DNA of 64,000 nt from Felis catus. Taxonomy: Eukaryota. Below, in pieces: positions 41,285 to 53,679 of the stretch; position 1 is the first letter of the stretch, and every line of letters starts with the position of its first letter. The position numbers and the translations under genes are program-made. The stretch lies in assembly GCF_018350175.1 (NCBI RefSeq), contig NC_058375.1, positions 4,278,001 through 4,342,000 on the forward strand. Direction: 5' to 3'. Below the pieces are notes generated by a model. It was not told where the DNA came from. It did not search any database and saw nothing but the letters and a program-made list of their open reading frames with translations.

Positions 41285-44200
41285 CTGCGGGTCAAGGGAG
41301 ACAGGCAAGTGGAGGCCGGCAGCCAGGCCGGCGCAGAAACCCTACGGCCTCTCTCCATGGAGAAGGTGCCTGGGACCCTCGCCACTTCCTGGAGAAACGA
41401 GAGCAGCCCTCTGCACGCTCCCCAGGCCAGGCCAATGCCCTCCTCCACCCCGGCTCCAGAACCAGGGCCGGGGGTTGGGGGGGGGGGGGGGGACGGGTGC
41501 GCGCCACACGCCGTGCCTGGTTCCTACGGTGGCCGGGAGGCTGCTGAAGCGGCGACTCTCCCCATGAGCAGCACCAGCCCTGCGGTGGGCCCGGCTGTCC
41601 TCCCATCGTACAGGTGGGAAAGCGGTGCCTCATGTGGCTGACGGTGGCCGAGCCAGGACTTGACTCACATCTGGGCTCTGAACCACACCCCTGGACTTTC
41701 TCCTCTTGCCCAAATTTGCTGTAACGTGTAGGTCATCACGGGGAGAAGAGAAGTCCCATCTGCTAAGTGCAAATGTTAAACTGGGACGTTGTAAGTTGTG
41801 ACAATTGCCATGCAGAGGTATCATGGGAGCAGGTTTGGGAACTTTAAGGAAGAAAAAAGATGTTGAGGAGATATACAACTACTAGGACTAAGGAGATTGC
41901 TCACGTGGCCAAATGCCACCGAGCCTTCCCAGCTCCATCACAGGGTCAGACTCAGCACCTCTCTTCTCGACAAGCAGAGGGGAGACACCCTGATCAGACA
42001 GTGGTAGCAGTGTCTTGTTCAGAGCACACAGTAGGCACTCAATAAATAACTGTATTCCCCAGGGTCAATCCCCAAAGACCTTCTGCCTGACTTCATTGCC
42101 TCCGCTGTCCCCTTGTTCACTCTGCTCCAGCCACCCTGGACTGTGAGGTTTGTTCTGCGACCATACCAGGCACACTCTGCCCCAGGGCCTTTGCATTTGC
42201 TGTCCCTCTGGGGAATATTCTTCTCCCTATGCTCTCTGGCTTATAGCAGGTACTCATCGAATGCTGGTCTGAATGGATGAACTCACTAAACTGTCTAACC
42301 CTGGGATTTATTTAAGGTCTCAGTGCCCCTGAAGTACAAACCGAGGGAAAACCCAGCCCTCTATTAAGTGCAGTAACACCAGGAAAGGGCTCAGCATGGG
42401 CCCTGCCCACCAGGACCATCTCCCAAACACGTCATGACTACACTCTGGCCAGAAAACAGGACCAGCCTGTGCTACCAATGCCGACACAGCCGCATATTTA
42501 CCTGATTCATAGATGGGATCTTGTCCCACTCGTTCTTTGTGGGATTATATACGTCCACCTCCGCAGAATCATCCCTGTGAATGGGAGGGGGGAACGTATC
42601 AGAGGCAGGAGGAAGCATCCTTGTGTGTAAAGAGCTGGAGAGAAGGGCCACACAGGCCCCTCTCCTCTGGGAATGTCTCTGATGTCATTTGGAGTCCACA
42701 GGCCAGTGAGCCCTCATCCCTGGTTTGTAGGGGCCACAGGCCCGCACACCTATCCAGCCTGGGCTCTGAGGCCAGAACCAGACTTTACTTCTCAAACCTG
42801 AAGATCAAACACCTTCAGGTTTAACCACCCTACCCCCCCCCCCCCCCACGCTGCTCTACACCAGCACGGCCCCCCTGGCTGGCTCCAGATCTGAACTTCC
42901 CATATCCCTGCCCACCAGTCTCCTCTCCGTCTTCCGACCTGCACTTGTGTGTGTGTCTTCTCCTCACAACAGCCTTCCACGGCTGACCAGTCCAGGCCAG
43001 CCCTCCTGCCCCCCTGCACTCCCTGACGCGCCCTGACTATTCCTGGGCCCTCCCCACCGCTGTCAGCCCCCCAGTCTCTTCCCGCTCACTGCTGTGTCCT
43101 GGGTGCCCAGCAGGATAGGCACAGTCATAGGAAAGAAGGCACCAGCACTGCCCCTCCCTTTGGGGTCAGGGTCTTTCCACCTTGTTTGACACGCTCTGGA
43201 TCCCTGCAAGGAAAGGCTCAAAGGCACAGCCTTGAAAAGCACAGACACTAGCCCCAGATGGCAGTGAGAGTAAGGGGTCCGGGGTCAGCAGAAGGGCCAG
43301 TCAGTGAACATCTCAGGCCCCCAGAGCCTGCTCTGTACCTACTCCCCAACGTGACTGTTGTAGTCCAAAAGCAGCCACCGATGTTCGGAAACGGGCTGGC
43401 TGCATTCCGAAAAGACCTGATTTGTGGACAGAATTTGAATCTCGTGTAACTTTTCATACCACAAAATGCGGCTCCTGCTTTGGCTTTTTTTTTCCCCCCT
43501 CCAACAATTTCAAGGTGTAAAAACCTATCTTAGTTCATGGCCCATATGAGGATGACGGTGCCAGAGGCCGTTGGGCTGCCCTCCCCCAGCACAGACGTAT
43601 AAACTGTCAGGGCTGCGGCGGTTGAGAGGCTGAGGCCTCCACCCAGTGCCGGGTGCCCCTGCAAACAGCAGCTTGTGGACAGGAGCTGCCCTGACAGGTG
43701 GCATTCGAGCAGGGCGCGACGGGGCTTACTAGACACGAGGCTTACTAGGCATGAAATGAGTGACTCTGGGACAAACGTGAAAGTGCATCTGAACCAGACC
43801 CCAGGTCTTGCCCACGCCACCCCCCTGGAGGTCAATCGGGACGCCTTTCCCCACCCTTCACTATCTCCACGTGGTTGGGGGCTGGGATAGGGCAGAGCTG
43901 AGCCCACCCGCCACCCCCAGCCTCCCATGGCTTAGCTGAACCCACACAAAGGCTAACACGGGGCGTGGGGGGCACCCCGATGCTTCCAGCTGCGGGGGCT
44001 TAGCACCTGACAAGAGACCCCGACACGGATGAGGAAAGCACAGGGGGCCTTCTGTGGACAGGCTGGCCTTTTCGCACGTCTTATTCTAGGACCACAGGGC
44101 GGGGAGGACATTCTCAAAGGCGCTCAACTTGGAACGGACTCTGAGGGGCTGAAGCCAAGGTTCTGGCACTCTTGAGAGAAGTATTTATAGCTGTCTCCAC

Positions 44201-44618
44201 CCCCTCTCTGAAGACATCTACCTTGACTTGGGGGAGGGGGAGCTGGGCGAAGGGTCAGATGATGTTTTATAACAGGACCAGGAGCTGGCCGAGATTCCAG
44301 GGCTTTCTCTGAGCACTCCGGAGGTTTCCTGGCATACAATGATGTGCTACCTCTGCCCTGCATGTGCTCACCAAGAAAGCCTGGGAAGGAACCTCTAGTC
44401 TGGGGGAGCAGAGTGGAGGGAGCAGACAAAGGCCAGGGCGGTTGAGGACGCAAGAGAAGGGCTGAGAAGCCAAGTGCATACGTCCTCTGAGGCTCCTAAG
44501 AGGGGACAGAGGAAACCACAGTACAGCTCTTACTCTTCCCTCCTGATCCCCCAGCTTCAGACAGGCTCTAGGCCAGGAAGGGAGGAACTGGGACACACAC
44601 CTACAAGTGCACATGAAT

Positions 44619-44669
<51 letters not shown>

Positions 44670-47600
44670 CTGTGCACAGCAGACAGGAGCTCCTACTTCC
44701 CTGAACGCCTGCTGGCCCATCAGGAGGGGATATGTGGCTGTGGCAAGTCAAGACACACAGATGCATGGTGACTCCCTGGCCACTCCATGTCTGCCCCATG
44801 CTCCCAAGGCCACAGCCTGGCCCAGGGAGACCACAATATAGCAACACTGCACTGGGCCCTGGGCTGGATATCCTGGACTCAAACCCCGTGCCGTCCCATA
44901 AATTCCTTACCCCTCTAAGCCTCTGCTGCCATCTATGAATTAGGGATGACAGTGGTGCCCATCTCGAGAGTCACACAGTCATAGAGATGGACTCCTGCCC
45001 AGGAGGCAGACCACACCCAGCTCGGGGGCCCTGACGCATGCTAACTATTGTCCTCATCATTCCCCCCAGGCTTTAGGGCCGGCTCCCTGGAGGAGTGGTC
45101 CCTGGTCCCGAGTGGCTATGGGATCCTTAGATCCCAGGGCCGTGGGCCCTTCCTGTGCAGCTCAGGCGGGAAAGGCATAGATGGGACCTGCAGAGACATG
45201 TGCTGAATGCCCAAGTATTGCTTTAAACAGAGAGGGTGCGGGGCGCCTGGGTGGCTCAGTTGGTTGGGCGACCGACTTCGGCTCAGGTCACGATCTCGCG
45301 GTCCGTGAGTTCGAGCCCCGCGTCGGGCTCTGTGCTGACAGCTCAGAGCCTGGAGCCTGCTTCCAATTCTGTGTGTCCCTAGCTCTCTGCCCCTCCCCCT
45401 GCTCACACACTCTCTCTCAAAAACAAGTAAACATTAAAAATAATAAATAGGGGGGGTGGAGCTGATCCCCCCACCCCCGGCTCTTGCACCCGGCGGCAGG
45501 GTGAAGACACACTGCTGGGTGAGCAAAGGGTCCCTCTGACAAAGCAACACTTCCCCAAAGTCTCCAAAAAGCCCTCCCCTAGTCTTTTTTTTTTTTTTTT
45601 TAATGTTTATTTATTTTGAGAGTGCAGTCAGGGGATGGGCAGAGAGAGAGGGAGACAGAGAATCCCAAGCAGGCTCCACGCTGTCAGCGCAGAGCCTGAT
45701 GTGGGGCTTGATTGGGACCTGAGCCAAAACCAAGAGTCGGACGCCCAACCGCCTGAGCCACCCACATGCCCCTCTAGTCTTAAGATGCAAAACCCCCCTT
45801 ATGTAGGACAGATTCCTTTCTTAATAAATGCCACATGAGAACCACCAGGGTCTATACAGTGGGATCCTCAGGGTGGAAGACAGGTAAAGCAACACGTGGT
45901 TTAGCTTCTAGAGTCTCAGCTCTCTAAAAGGCCCTAACTCCACTCAATCAACAACCCAAGGATCTAACTCCATCAGTCAGGATCCCTTGATCAAGAAAAC
46001 CTAGAAGCCCACAGAAACTGTTCTAACAGGTGAGAAAGACCTAGCCTCGGATGCCAGCTTGGCCTGCCTCCTCATCTGTGAAATGGGAGCACAGTGATGA
46101 TGCGCTTTAGCACGGGGCCTGGTAAGAAAGGCTGCGGAGGGGCCTCGGCTTCAGGATACTCACCTGATGAAGTATATAAGTCCGTTCAGAGTCACCGTCT
46201 TGGGGGCAAAGGACCAGGGCGGGAGCGGGCCACAGTCCACCAGCGACCACAGGTCCGTGTCCGGGTGGTAGCACTGCATCACCATGGTCTCCTTGCCGGC
46301 CAGCGAGCCGATGGCGTAGAGGCGGCCGCGGCAGGCGGTGGTGGAGCAGTTGTCCATGGGGTAGGTCATGGGCTGCAGGGCCTCCCAGGAGTCGGTGGTA
46401 TGGTCGTAGCGCTCCGTGCTGTCCGCGGCCACCACGTACAGCAGCCCGTCGAGCACGGAGGAGCTGTGGTACTCACGGGCCTTCAGCATGGGCGCCACCT
46501 CCGTCCACTCGTTCACGCTGGAATTGTACCTCCACACGCAGTCATAGAGCCGGGAGCCGTCAGACCCACCTGCCGGGACGTGCATCGCACAGGTCAGCCC
46601 GTGCGGACTCGGGGGTGAGGCACCCACGCGGGCCTCGATGAACTTCCCAGAGGGAGCCTCCCAGGGCAGGAAGTAGCCTCACTGGGTTTCAGCGTCAACA
46701 CATGGGTTCTCTCACCAAAGCCCTGGCTAGAGGGGCTCCATGCCGGGGGGGGGGGGGGGGGGGGGGGGGGCTGAGGCAGTGCAGGTGCCGACCGCCGCCC
46801 AGGGGTGTAAGAGCTTCCTGCCACAAGAACACCGCCAGTCCGTGTGGGTCAAACAAGGGCCCTGGAGCCAGAATTCTAAGTAAACAGCAATCGCGGTCTG
46901 GACCCCCACAAACACTGTCCAACACCCCCAACTGCACCAGGGCCTGGGTCTCAGAGCCAAAACTTCTGGGGGGCCACAAAGCATGTGGCAGGGCACACAC
47001 GGCCTTGTTTGTGGAATTCTGGCCTTTCTGGGCAGCCGCGAACAAGGCAGGGCCAGCACAACCCGATAGGAAATCTACCTCACACTGCAAGCGCAAGCAA
47101 GAGCCCAGCACGAAAAGAAACGCTACGGGGGGAATCCTGGGGATCCAGTTCTTGATTTAGGCACAAGTTACCGACATGTGGCTCGTCCAGGAAAAAAAAA
47201 AAAAAAAAATCAATCAAGTTCTTTCTACATTTCTTTCAAAAAAAGAGCTAACCACTCACTGCCCCCCGGGGTGCTGGCTGTAATCCTAAATTAAACCCAG
47301 AACATTAGAATTCCCACAGCCTGAAGGGATCCCCAGAATCCAGGGGCGGGGTCACATCCCCCCTCCCCAGAGCTGGCGCCACAGGGCAAAGCACGCATGA
47401 CATCCTGTCTCACAGCCTTGAGCTTTTTAAAACACAAAGCTCTTACAAAGTGCACTCTGCCTGCTTTCTTCCTCCTAAAGGATAACTGCATCCAAGGCAG
47501 CTGAAACCAGCTTTCTTGCCCCTGTGAAATTCCCTCCAGGCAGCTGTATGGAATGACCCAGCCACCTGTCTAACCCCGAAGGATTAGCTGCTCAGCTGAG

Positions 47601-49771
47601 ACGTTTATGGAAGGGTGTGCAAAGTTGGGGCGAGTCTAACCAGTTCTGGGAGGGAGTGCACTGGCCAGACTTTCATGTGTTGGGAGGGCACACAGTTCCC
47701 AAACACAGGGCCAACCAACCCCAAACTGGAAAGTGACCAATTCCAGCATATTCCAGCAAACGCTGGAACAGAGCAGCAGGCCAAGAGCTGAGCACGTCCT
47801 TAACCCAAGATTTCTCCACTCGCCAACTGGTGGTGTGTGTGGGGCTGGGGGGTGGGAACACCAGAGCTCAGAGCTGGCTTTCTCCTGAAGGTGCCCCAAG
47901 GGGCACAGCCTCAGTTCACTGACTGATAACAGCCTTCCGCAGGGCCCAGGGCTGCTTGCCGAGTCGGGTTCTTTCCTTATATAGCTGTCACTGAGACCGC
48001 CCCTCCTCACCCCAGGGAAGGAGGTAGCCCCATGTCTGAACTGGGATTTATCTTTAATGAAAAATGTGGGAGATGCCCAGGACCGGGGCAGGATGGGACC
48101 CGCCCAGCATGACTCGGCAGTGTTTTGGGGTTTGAGCCAAGTAACTGGAAGAAAACCTCTTAGCATGTGACCATGTTTACAGTCGCTGACTAGGGAGCAG
48201 CCTAAACACCATGTGACCCCCCAAGCGACCAGCCTAGGTGCAAGCTTCAGGGAACCCTGTCACTGGTGACAAAATGAGCGTGTCAAGGGGCCTGTGGGGC
48301 TCAGCTGTGGGGGGGAAATCCCCAGGACGGGAAATGGGTGTCTCATCGAGCGCCAGTCCCCCGCCTGTCCCTGGATTCCTTAGGGAGAAGAAGAAAGCGC
48401 CCATTGTGCGGGGTGAATGCCCCAGTATCCTCTAACCAAATGGGGGTGGGGGCACCTCCCGGGCAAGGAGTGGGCTCATCTGTCATCTAGGCTGCCTACC
48501 CTTCCCCCCCCCCCAACATCGGGGAACACAGAGACCACAAGGAGCTGCTTGTCGCAGCTCACACAACGGACTTCCAGGTCGAAAGCACCAGCTCTCGAAG
48601 CGTACCCACTGGCCAAGAAGGGGCGGGGGAAGGGAAGGGGCGCTCGCACTGTGGGGCGGTTCTAGGACTCCAGGTTCGGAAAACGCACTCTCCCAAGGCC
48701 GCAGGAAACTAACACCCGGGGCCCTCCCGGCCGGCCCCCGGTCCCCTCACCCGTCACGTAGATGTCGTTGCCCAGCGCCACGATGCTGTAGCCCCCGCCC
48801 AGGTGGTCGGGGAACTCGGCCAGGTAGCGCCACTGGCCCGTCTGTGGGTTGTAGCAGTCGACGGTGACCAGCTCGTCGCAGTCCTGGTCGCAGCCACCCA
48901 CGAGCACGAGGATCTCGGCGAGGCCCGTGGAGGGGCGCGGNNNNNNNNNNNNNNNNNNNNNNNNNNNNNNNNNNNNNNNNNNNNNNNNNNNNNNNNNNNN
49001 NNNNNNNNNNNNNNNNNNNNNNNNNNNNNNNNNNNNNNNNNNNNNNNNNNNNNNNNNNNNNNNNNNNNNNNNNNNNNNNNNNNNNNNNNNNNNNNNNNNN
49101 NNNNNNNNNNNNAGCTGCGGCCAATGCGCGGCGCGGCGCGGCGGGTCCGCGCGCACCCAGCGCAGCGCCAGCTGGTAGGCGGCCTCCTCCTTGGGCACGC
49201 ACAGCCCGTCGTCGCGCAGGTAGCGCAGCAGGCGCGCCAGCGGCAGGCGCTCCAGCTGCTCGGGGCCCAGCTCGCCCACGTGGCGCAGGATGAAGCGCTG
49301 CGCCGCGCTCGCCAGCCCCGCGCAACTGAAGGCCTCGGCGAAGTCCTGCATGTCCAGGCAGTTGGCCAGGTCGAGCTGCTGCTGCAGGAAGGCGCCGCAC
49401 GCCTCCTTCACGGCCGGGAACTGCAGCAGGTCGGCGGCCCGCAGCAGCGGCTCGGCGTTGTCGCCGCTCACCGCCACGCGGCCCGTGTAGCTGAAGTCGA
49501 GCAGCAGCTGCAGCATGTCGGGCGGCACGCCGTGCAGTCGCACCCGCTCGGCGCGGCTCTCGCGCAGCTGCCCGGCGAACATGGCGCGGAAGTAGGGGCT
49601 GGCGGCCGCCAGCACGGCGCGGTGCGCGGGGAAGTCGCGCCCGCCCGCCGCCTCCAGCGTCACGTCCAGGAACTTGCGCTCGGCGCGGAGCTGGCTCAGG
49701 CCGCGCAGCAGGCTCAGCGCGTGCGCGGGGTCCGAGAAGGGCAGCACGGCCAGGGGCGCCGGCCGCTCCAT
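40991..49771 (-). CDS. KLHL21: Kelch-like protein 21 (BTB-BACK-Kelch CUL3 adaptor); 4 exons, 597 aa
   Basis: complement(join(40991..41284,42502..42574,46164..46569,48751..49771)) = 1794 nt including a 172-N gap that keeps frame. Starts [29 protein letters not shown]; BTB, BACK, Kelch repeats. Confidence 0.95.
42502..42574 (-). CDS. KLHL21: KLHL21 exon 3 (73 nt, missing from the ORF track)
   Basis: tcacag|[24 protein letters not shown]|gtaaat; restores phase between exons 2 and 4. Confidence 0.93.
43250..43590. mobile_element. MER58-like hAT-Charlie relic
   Basis: tgtagtccaaaagcagccac...gggctggctgcattcc...gaatttgaatctcgtgtaacttttcat. Confidence 0.55.
44621..44667 (+). repeat. (AC)23 microsatellite
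   Basis: Read directly from the sequence. Confidence 0.97.
45240..45449 (+). mobile_element. Can-SINE (CpG-rich, probably young)
   Basis: ggggcgcctgggtggctcagt head with CpGs intact. Confidence 0.9.
45585..45772 (-). mobile_element. Can-SINE
   Basis: Reverse-strand copy; TSD ctagtctt. Confidence 0.85.
46164..46569 (-). CDS. KLHL21: KLHL21 exon 2
   Basis: cggcag|[21 protein letters not shown]...GLIYFI|gtgagt. Confidence 0.95.
48751..49771 (-). CDS. KLHL21: KLHL21 exon 1 (BTB/BACK/first Kelch; contains N gap)
   Basis: gccATGg start; ...GNDIYVT|gtgagg. Confidence 0.94.
48941..49112. other. Assembly gap (172 N) inside KLHL21 exon 1
   Basis: Run of N. Confidence 1.
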
Positions 49772-52123
49772 GGCGCCGTCGTTGGGGTAACTGGGGCGCG
49801 CCGCGGCCGGGGCCAGCGGGAGGAACGCCGCGCGTCCCGCGCCGCCGCTATAAGTACCGCCGGGCGCCGCGGCCTCGGGGGCGGGCCGGGAGGGGCGGGC
49901 CGTCGCCGGCCCCGCCTACTTAACCCCTCCGAGCCCGGCGCCGCCGCCCGCCCCATGCGCCCGAGGCTGAATCACTACCGCCCGCCCGCGCCCTTACGGG
50001 GCTTCCCGCGGCCCCCCGCCCGAGCCGGGCCCGCCGGGCGACGTGTGTCCTCTCCGTCCGGGGTCGGGGGCCTCCAGGGCCCGCCCACGACGCACCGGGC
50101 CGGGCTGCGGGGCCGAAGCCGGCGGGGGCGAGCTCGGCGCCCGGAACCCGAGCCACCCCTTTCGCGCCAGACTTCCCTACCCAGTCGGCGGCCCCTGAGC
50201 CCCTGGGCGGCTCGCTACAGTACCTTTTTCTTGTTTTGTTTTTATTTTGTTTTGAATTCCACTAGTTCCGAGGGTTGCTAGTTAACCTTTTTGCCGGGCA
50301 GATCTCAAAAGACAGGATTTTTACAATTCAGGACTAAGGCTTGAACAAGTATAAGCTTTTTAGGTGACGTTTTTTCTTGGCGCACTTGTAAGTGACACGG
50401 GGCCAGACGCCAAGAATCTGCTCCACTGTGTTCCTGCAGGAGTTTCAAACTTGACTAACTCGGTCATTAACTTTCGTCAGCGTACAAGGCGCACTTCGGT
50501 TGCCGATTCATAGAGACTCAGGCTCCAGAGCTGCCTTCTGAGGGCGCAGGCCCGCGCGGGCTCGACCCCCAGGCTCCTCGCCCCCTCTCCTGGAAGTGGA
50601 CGTGGGCAAGGCAGAAAACTTGAGGGTAGGAGACCGCCGTGAGAATGCAGAAGAACGTGCTATTAGGTTGAACAAAAGGCTCAAGTACCAGAAAATTATA
50701 ATAATATAATGTAAATAATTCCGGCGAAAGCAGCAGTTTTTCCTATTCCAGGAGAGGGGACGCTAGGGGCCTGGGGACACTGCCTTTAACTCAAGGTCAG
50801 ACAGGGGACTGCCTGAAAAACCAGGGATGTGGGCGTTCAGGAACGTCACAGTCACTTGTGGGGTGACTGTGAAGAAAGGAATCTTCCTTGTTGTGGTTCC
50901 CGTGAGTACAATACCAGGACTCCACTTTCAACGTAACTAGGTGAAAAAAATTCCCTCCCTTGGAAGCCATGTTTTTTCTTTAGCAGACGCTTTGCTGGGT
51001 TTTAGAAAAGACTCCAGTCCTTTTGCTTCTCAGAAGAAACCTGGGTTTTTGTTATTTAGTAGCCCCCACCCATGCCCTGTGGGCCTCGCAGAAACATTCC
51101 TGGTGAACGCCTCACCCACGCGCCCACGTGTGTCCCAGGGCGGGCCAGGCACCCGGGGGTTGCTGTCATTTCTTGGTTCCAGCTGAGTGGGCACAACCTT
51201 TGGAGAAGACATCTTGTTTTTCCTCCATCTCTGAAATGCGAACTGCAGGCTTTCTCTTGTACTTTGAATCTCATCATCTTGCCATGAGAATGTGTCTGGT
51301 CCAAATTTCAGCATGGGAAGCACAGGCCTGAGTGAAAAAAAAAACATTCAGGTACCCAGGCGGCTGCGTGTTGCCCATAGATGGACTGTTCACACAGCTA
51401 TTAACGGCAGCGGCAGCATTCCTGGGCCCAGGAGCCCGGCCAATAGCTTACTTGCACAGGCTTTGTGACAAGAGAGTCTGAGTAGCCAGGAAGTGGGATG
51501 TTTGTAGGGAAAAGTACTACACTCCCTCTGGGTCAGAACTTGTCCACCTTGCAGAAAGCAAAGCTTTCATAAATCAAGTAACGTTGCTCTGGTGAAGGAC
51601 GGAGTCCAGTTTTGTGTACTTAAACAAATCAGCCTTACTGTGAAGTCCTGAAGAAATAATGATGCATATATTTATTGGAATAAGATATTCGTGCTACGGT
51701 GTCGAGCAAAAAATCCGATTACCCGTGGTATGGCCCAGTTTGTTGTCTGTGTTCATATGCCCACAAAGCAATTGTGAAGGTAACATATTCTGAGGTGGCG
51801 AGGTTTCATTGTTTGTGCTTGCCTGTCTTTTTCTCTTTCTGTACTAGATAGACATACTCTGTTTGGTGAGATAATAGTTGAAAATACAATTAAGAATTCA
51901 GTTCTTGAGAAAAAAAGGTATATTATTAATATCCTGGACCTAAAAGGGGAGCATTCGAAGCCATGTGTACATATCTAAGGCAACATAGGAATGTGGTTAG
52001 AAAATAAAGGAACAGATTTAGACCCATCAGCTGTGTTTGGAAATTTGAATCGCCCACTAACCCAGGCATGCTATCTAGTTCCTTTTCTCACTCATCTGAT
52101 CAACCGTAAGAGTTCAAGATGGG

Positions 52124-52754
52124 GGGGGGGGGCACCTGGGTGGTTCAGTTGGTTAATAGACTCTGTTTTGGCTCAGGTCATGATCCCAAGGTTGTGGGAT
52201 GGAGCCCCGTGTTGGGCTCCACGCTGAGTGTGGAAACTGCTTAACAATCTCTTTCTGCCCCTCTCCCCTGCTGGCTGTCTTGAAATTAAATTTTTTTAAT
52301 GTTTATTTATTTATTATTATTTTTAACGTTTATTTATTTTTGAGACAAAGAGAGATAGAGCATGAATGGGGGAGGGTCAGAGAGAGAGGGAGACACAGAA
52401 TCCGAAGCAGGCTCCAGGCTCTGAGCTGTCAGCACAGAGCCCGACGTGGGGCTCGAACCCACAAACTGCGAGATCATGACCTGAGCTGAAGTCGGATACT
52501 TGGCCGACTGAGCCACCCAGGCGCCCAATGTTTATTTATTATCGAGAGACAGAGAGAGACAGAGCATGAGCATGGGAGGTGCAGAGAGAGGAGACACAGA
52601 ATCCGAAGCAGGCTCCAGGCTCTGAGCTGTCAGTACAGAGCCCAACGTGGGGCTCGAATTCAAACTGGGAGACCATGACCTGAGCCAAAGTCAGATGCTT
52701 AACCGACTGAGCCACCCAGGGGCCCCTCTCTCGAAATTAATAATAAAAAAAAAA
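52124..52754. mobile_element. Three nested Can-SINEs
   Basis: Outer (+) TSD agttcaagatggg; middle (-) TSD gaaattaa; inner (-) TSD aatgtttatttatt. Confidence 0.85.
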
Positions 52755-53415
52755 AGTTCAAGATGGGAAAGTGAGAAATTTATTCACTTAACTATGACAA
52801 TATATGATCGAGCCAGCAAATTCTTCCAATGTCATTCCACATCTGGGCCCGGTAGAAACACTAGTGTTCAGTGAGAAAGGTGTTAACTCTAGTCAACAAC
52901 CCATAGTTTGGGGGGAAATGTTTGTATTTAAAGATTAAACTTCTGGGGGGAGGCTGCTGAGGCAGGGGACACAGAAAAAAAAATTAAATTTCAACCATGA
53001 AAGTTTTTAAAATTTACCTCTTCCAATATCATGAAAATGGTCTTTGTCTGAGAAAGTAATGTGATTTAACAAATAATGGTACCATTTCATTTCTAAAAAT
53101 TTAAACTATGCAATTTTGATATTTAAATTCTAATTTTAGGCAGACAGGACAAGAGGTCATGGAGATCATTTTATAAAAGCTGGTTATCCTGGGTTTTTTT
53201 TTCCTTCAAGAACATTTAGAAGCACATACTTACACATTTATACCATTAAAAAGAGAGTATGCCTTTTCTCCTATTGTACACCCAATTCTTTACTGATTCT
53301 GAACCATCTCAAGTGTGATTTGTAATGAACTTACTAAACTTTCCCTTAAGGAACGCTATAATATTCTCTATTAAGTACGTTATTATAAGTAAATGAGATA
53401 CAGTAGATAAAAACG

Positions 53416-53448
53416 TTTATTTTTATTATTAGTTTTTTAATGTTTATT

Positions 53449-53496
<48 letters not shown>

Positions 53497-53679
53497 CGCG
53501 AGCGCGGATGCCTATGAGTTGGGGAGGGGCAAAGAGAGAGGGAGACCCAGAATCTGAAGCAGGCTCCAGGCTCTGAGCTGTCAGCACAGAGCCTGACACG
53601 GAGCTCAAACTCAGGAAACCTGAGATCATGACCTGAGCTGAAGTCAGAGGCTTAGCCAACTGAGCCACCCAGGTGCCCC
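53416..53679 (-). mobile_element. Can-SINE with long (GA)n
   Basis: Reverse-strand full-length copy. Confidence 0.9.

Larger units (their letters stand above)
48600..50220 (-). promoter_or_regulatory. CpG island / KLHL21 promoter and exon 1
   Basis: Extreme CpG density, GC boxes upstream of the ATG. Confidence 0.85.

Noticed and set aside
48803-50281. 492-aa + strand ORF antisense to KLHL21 exon 1
   Set aside because: Shadow ORF of a GC3-rich exon and CpG island; spans the N gap; no recognisable domain.
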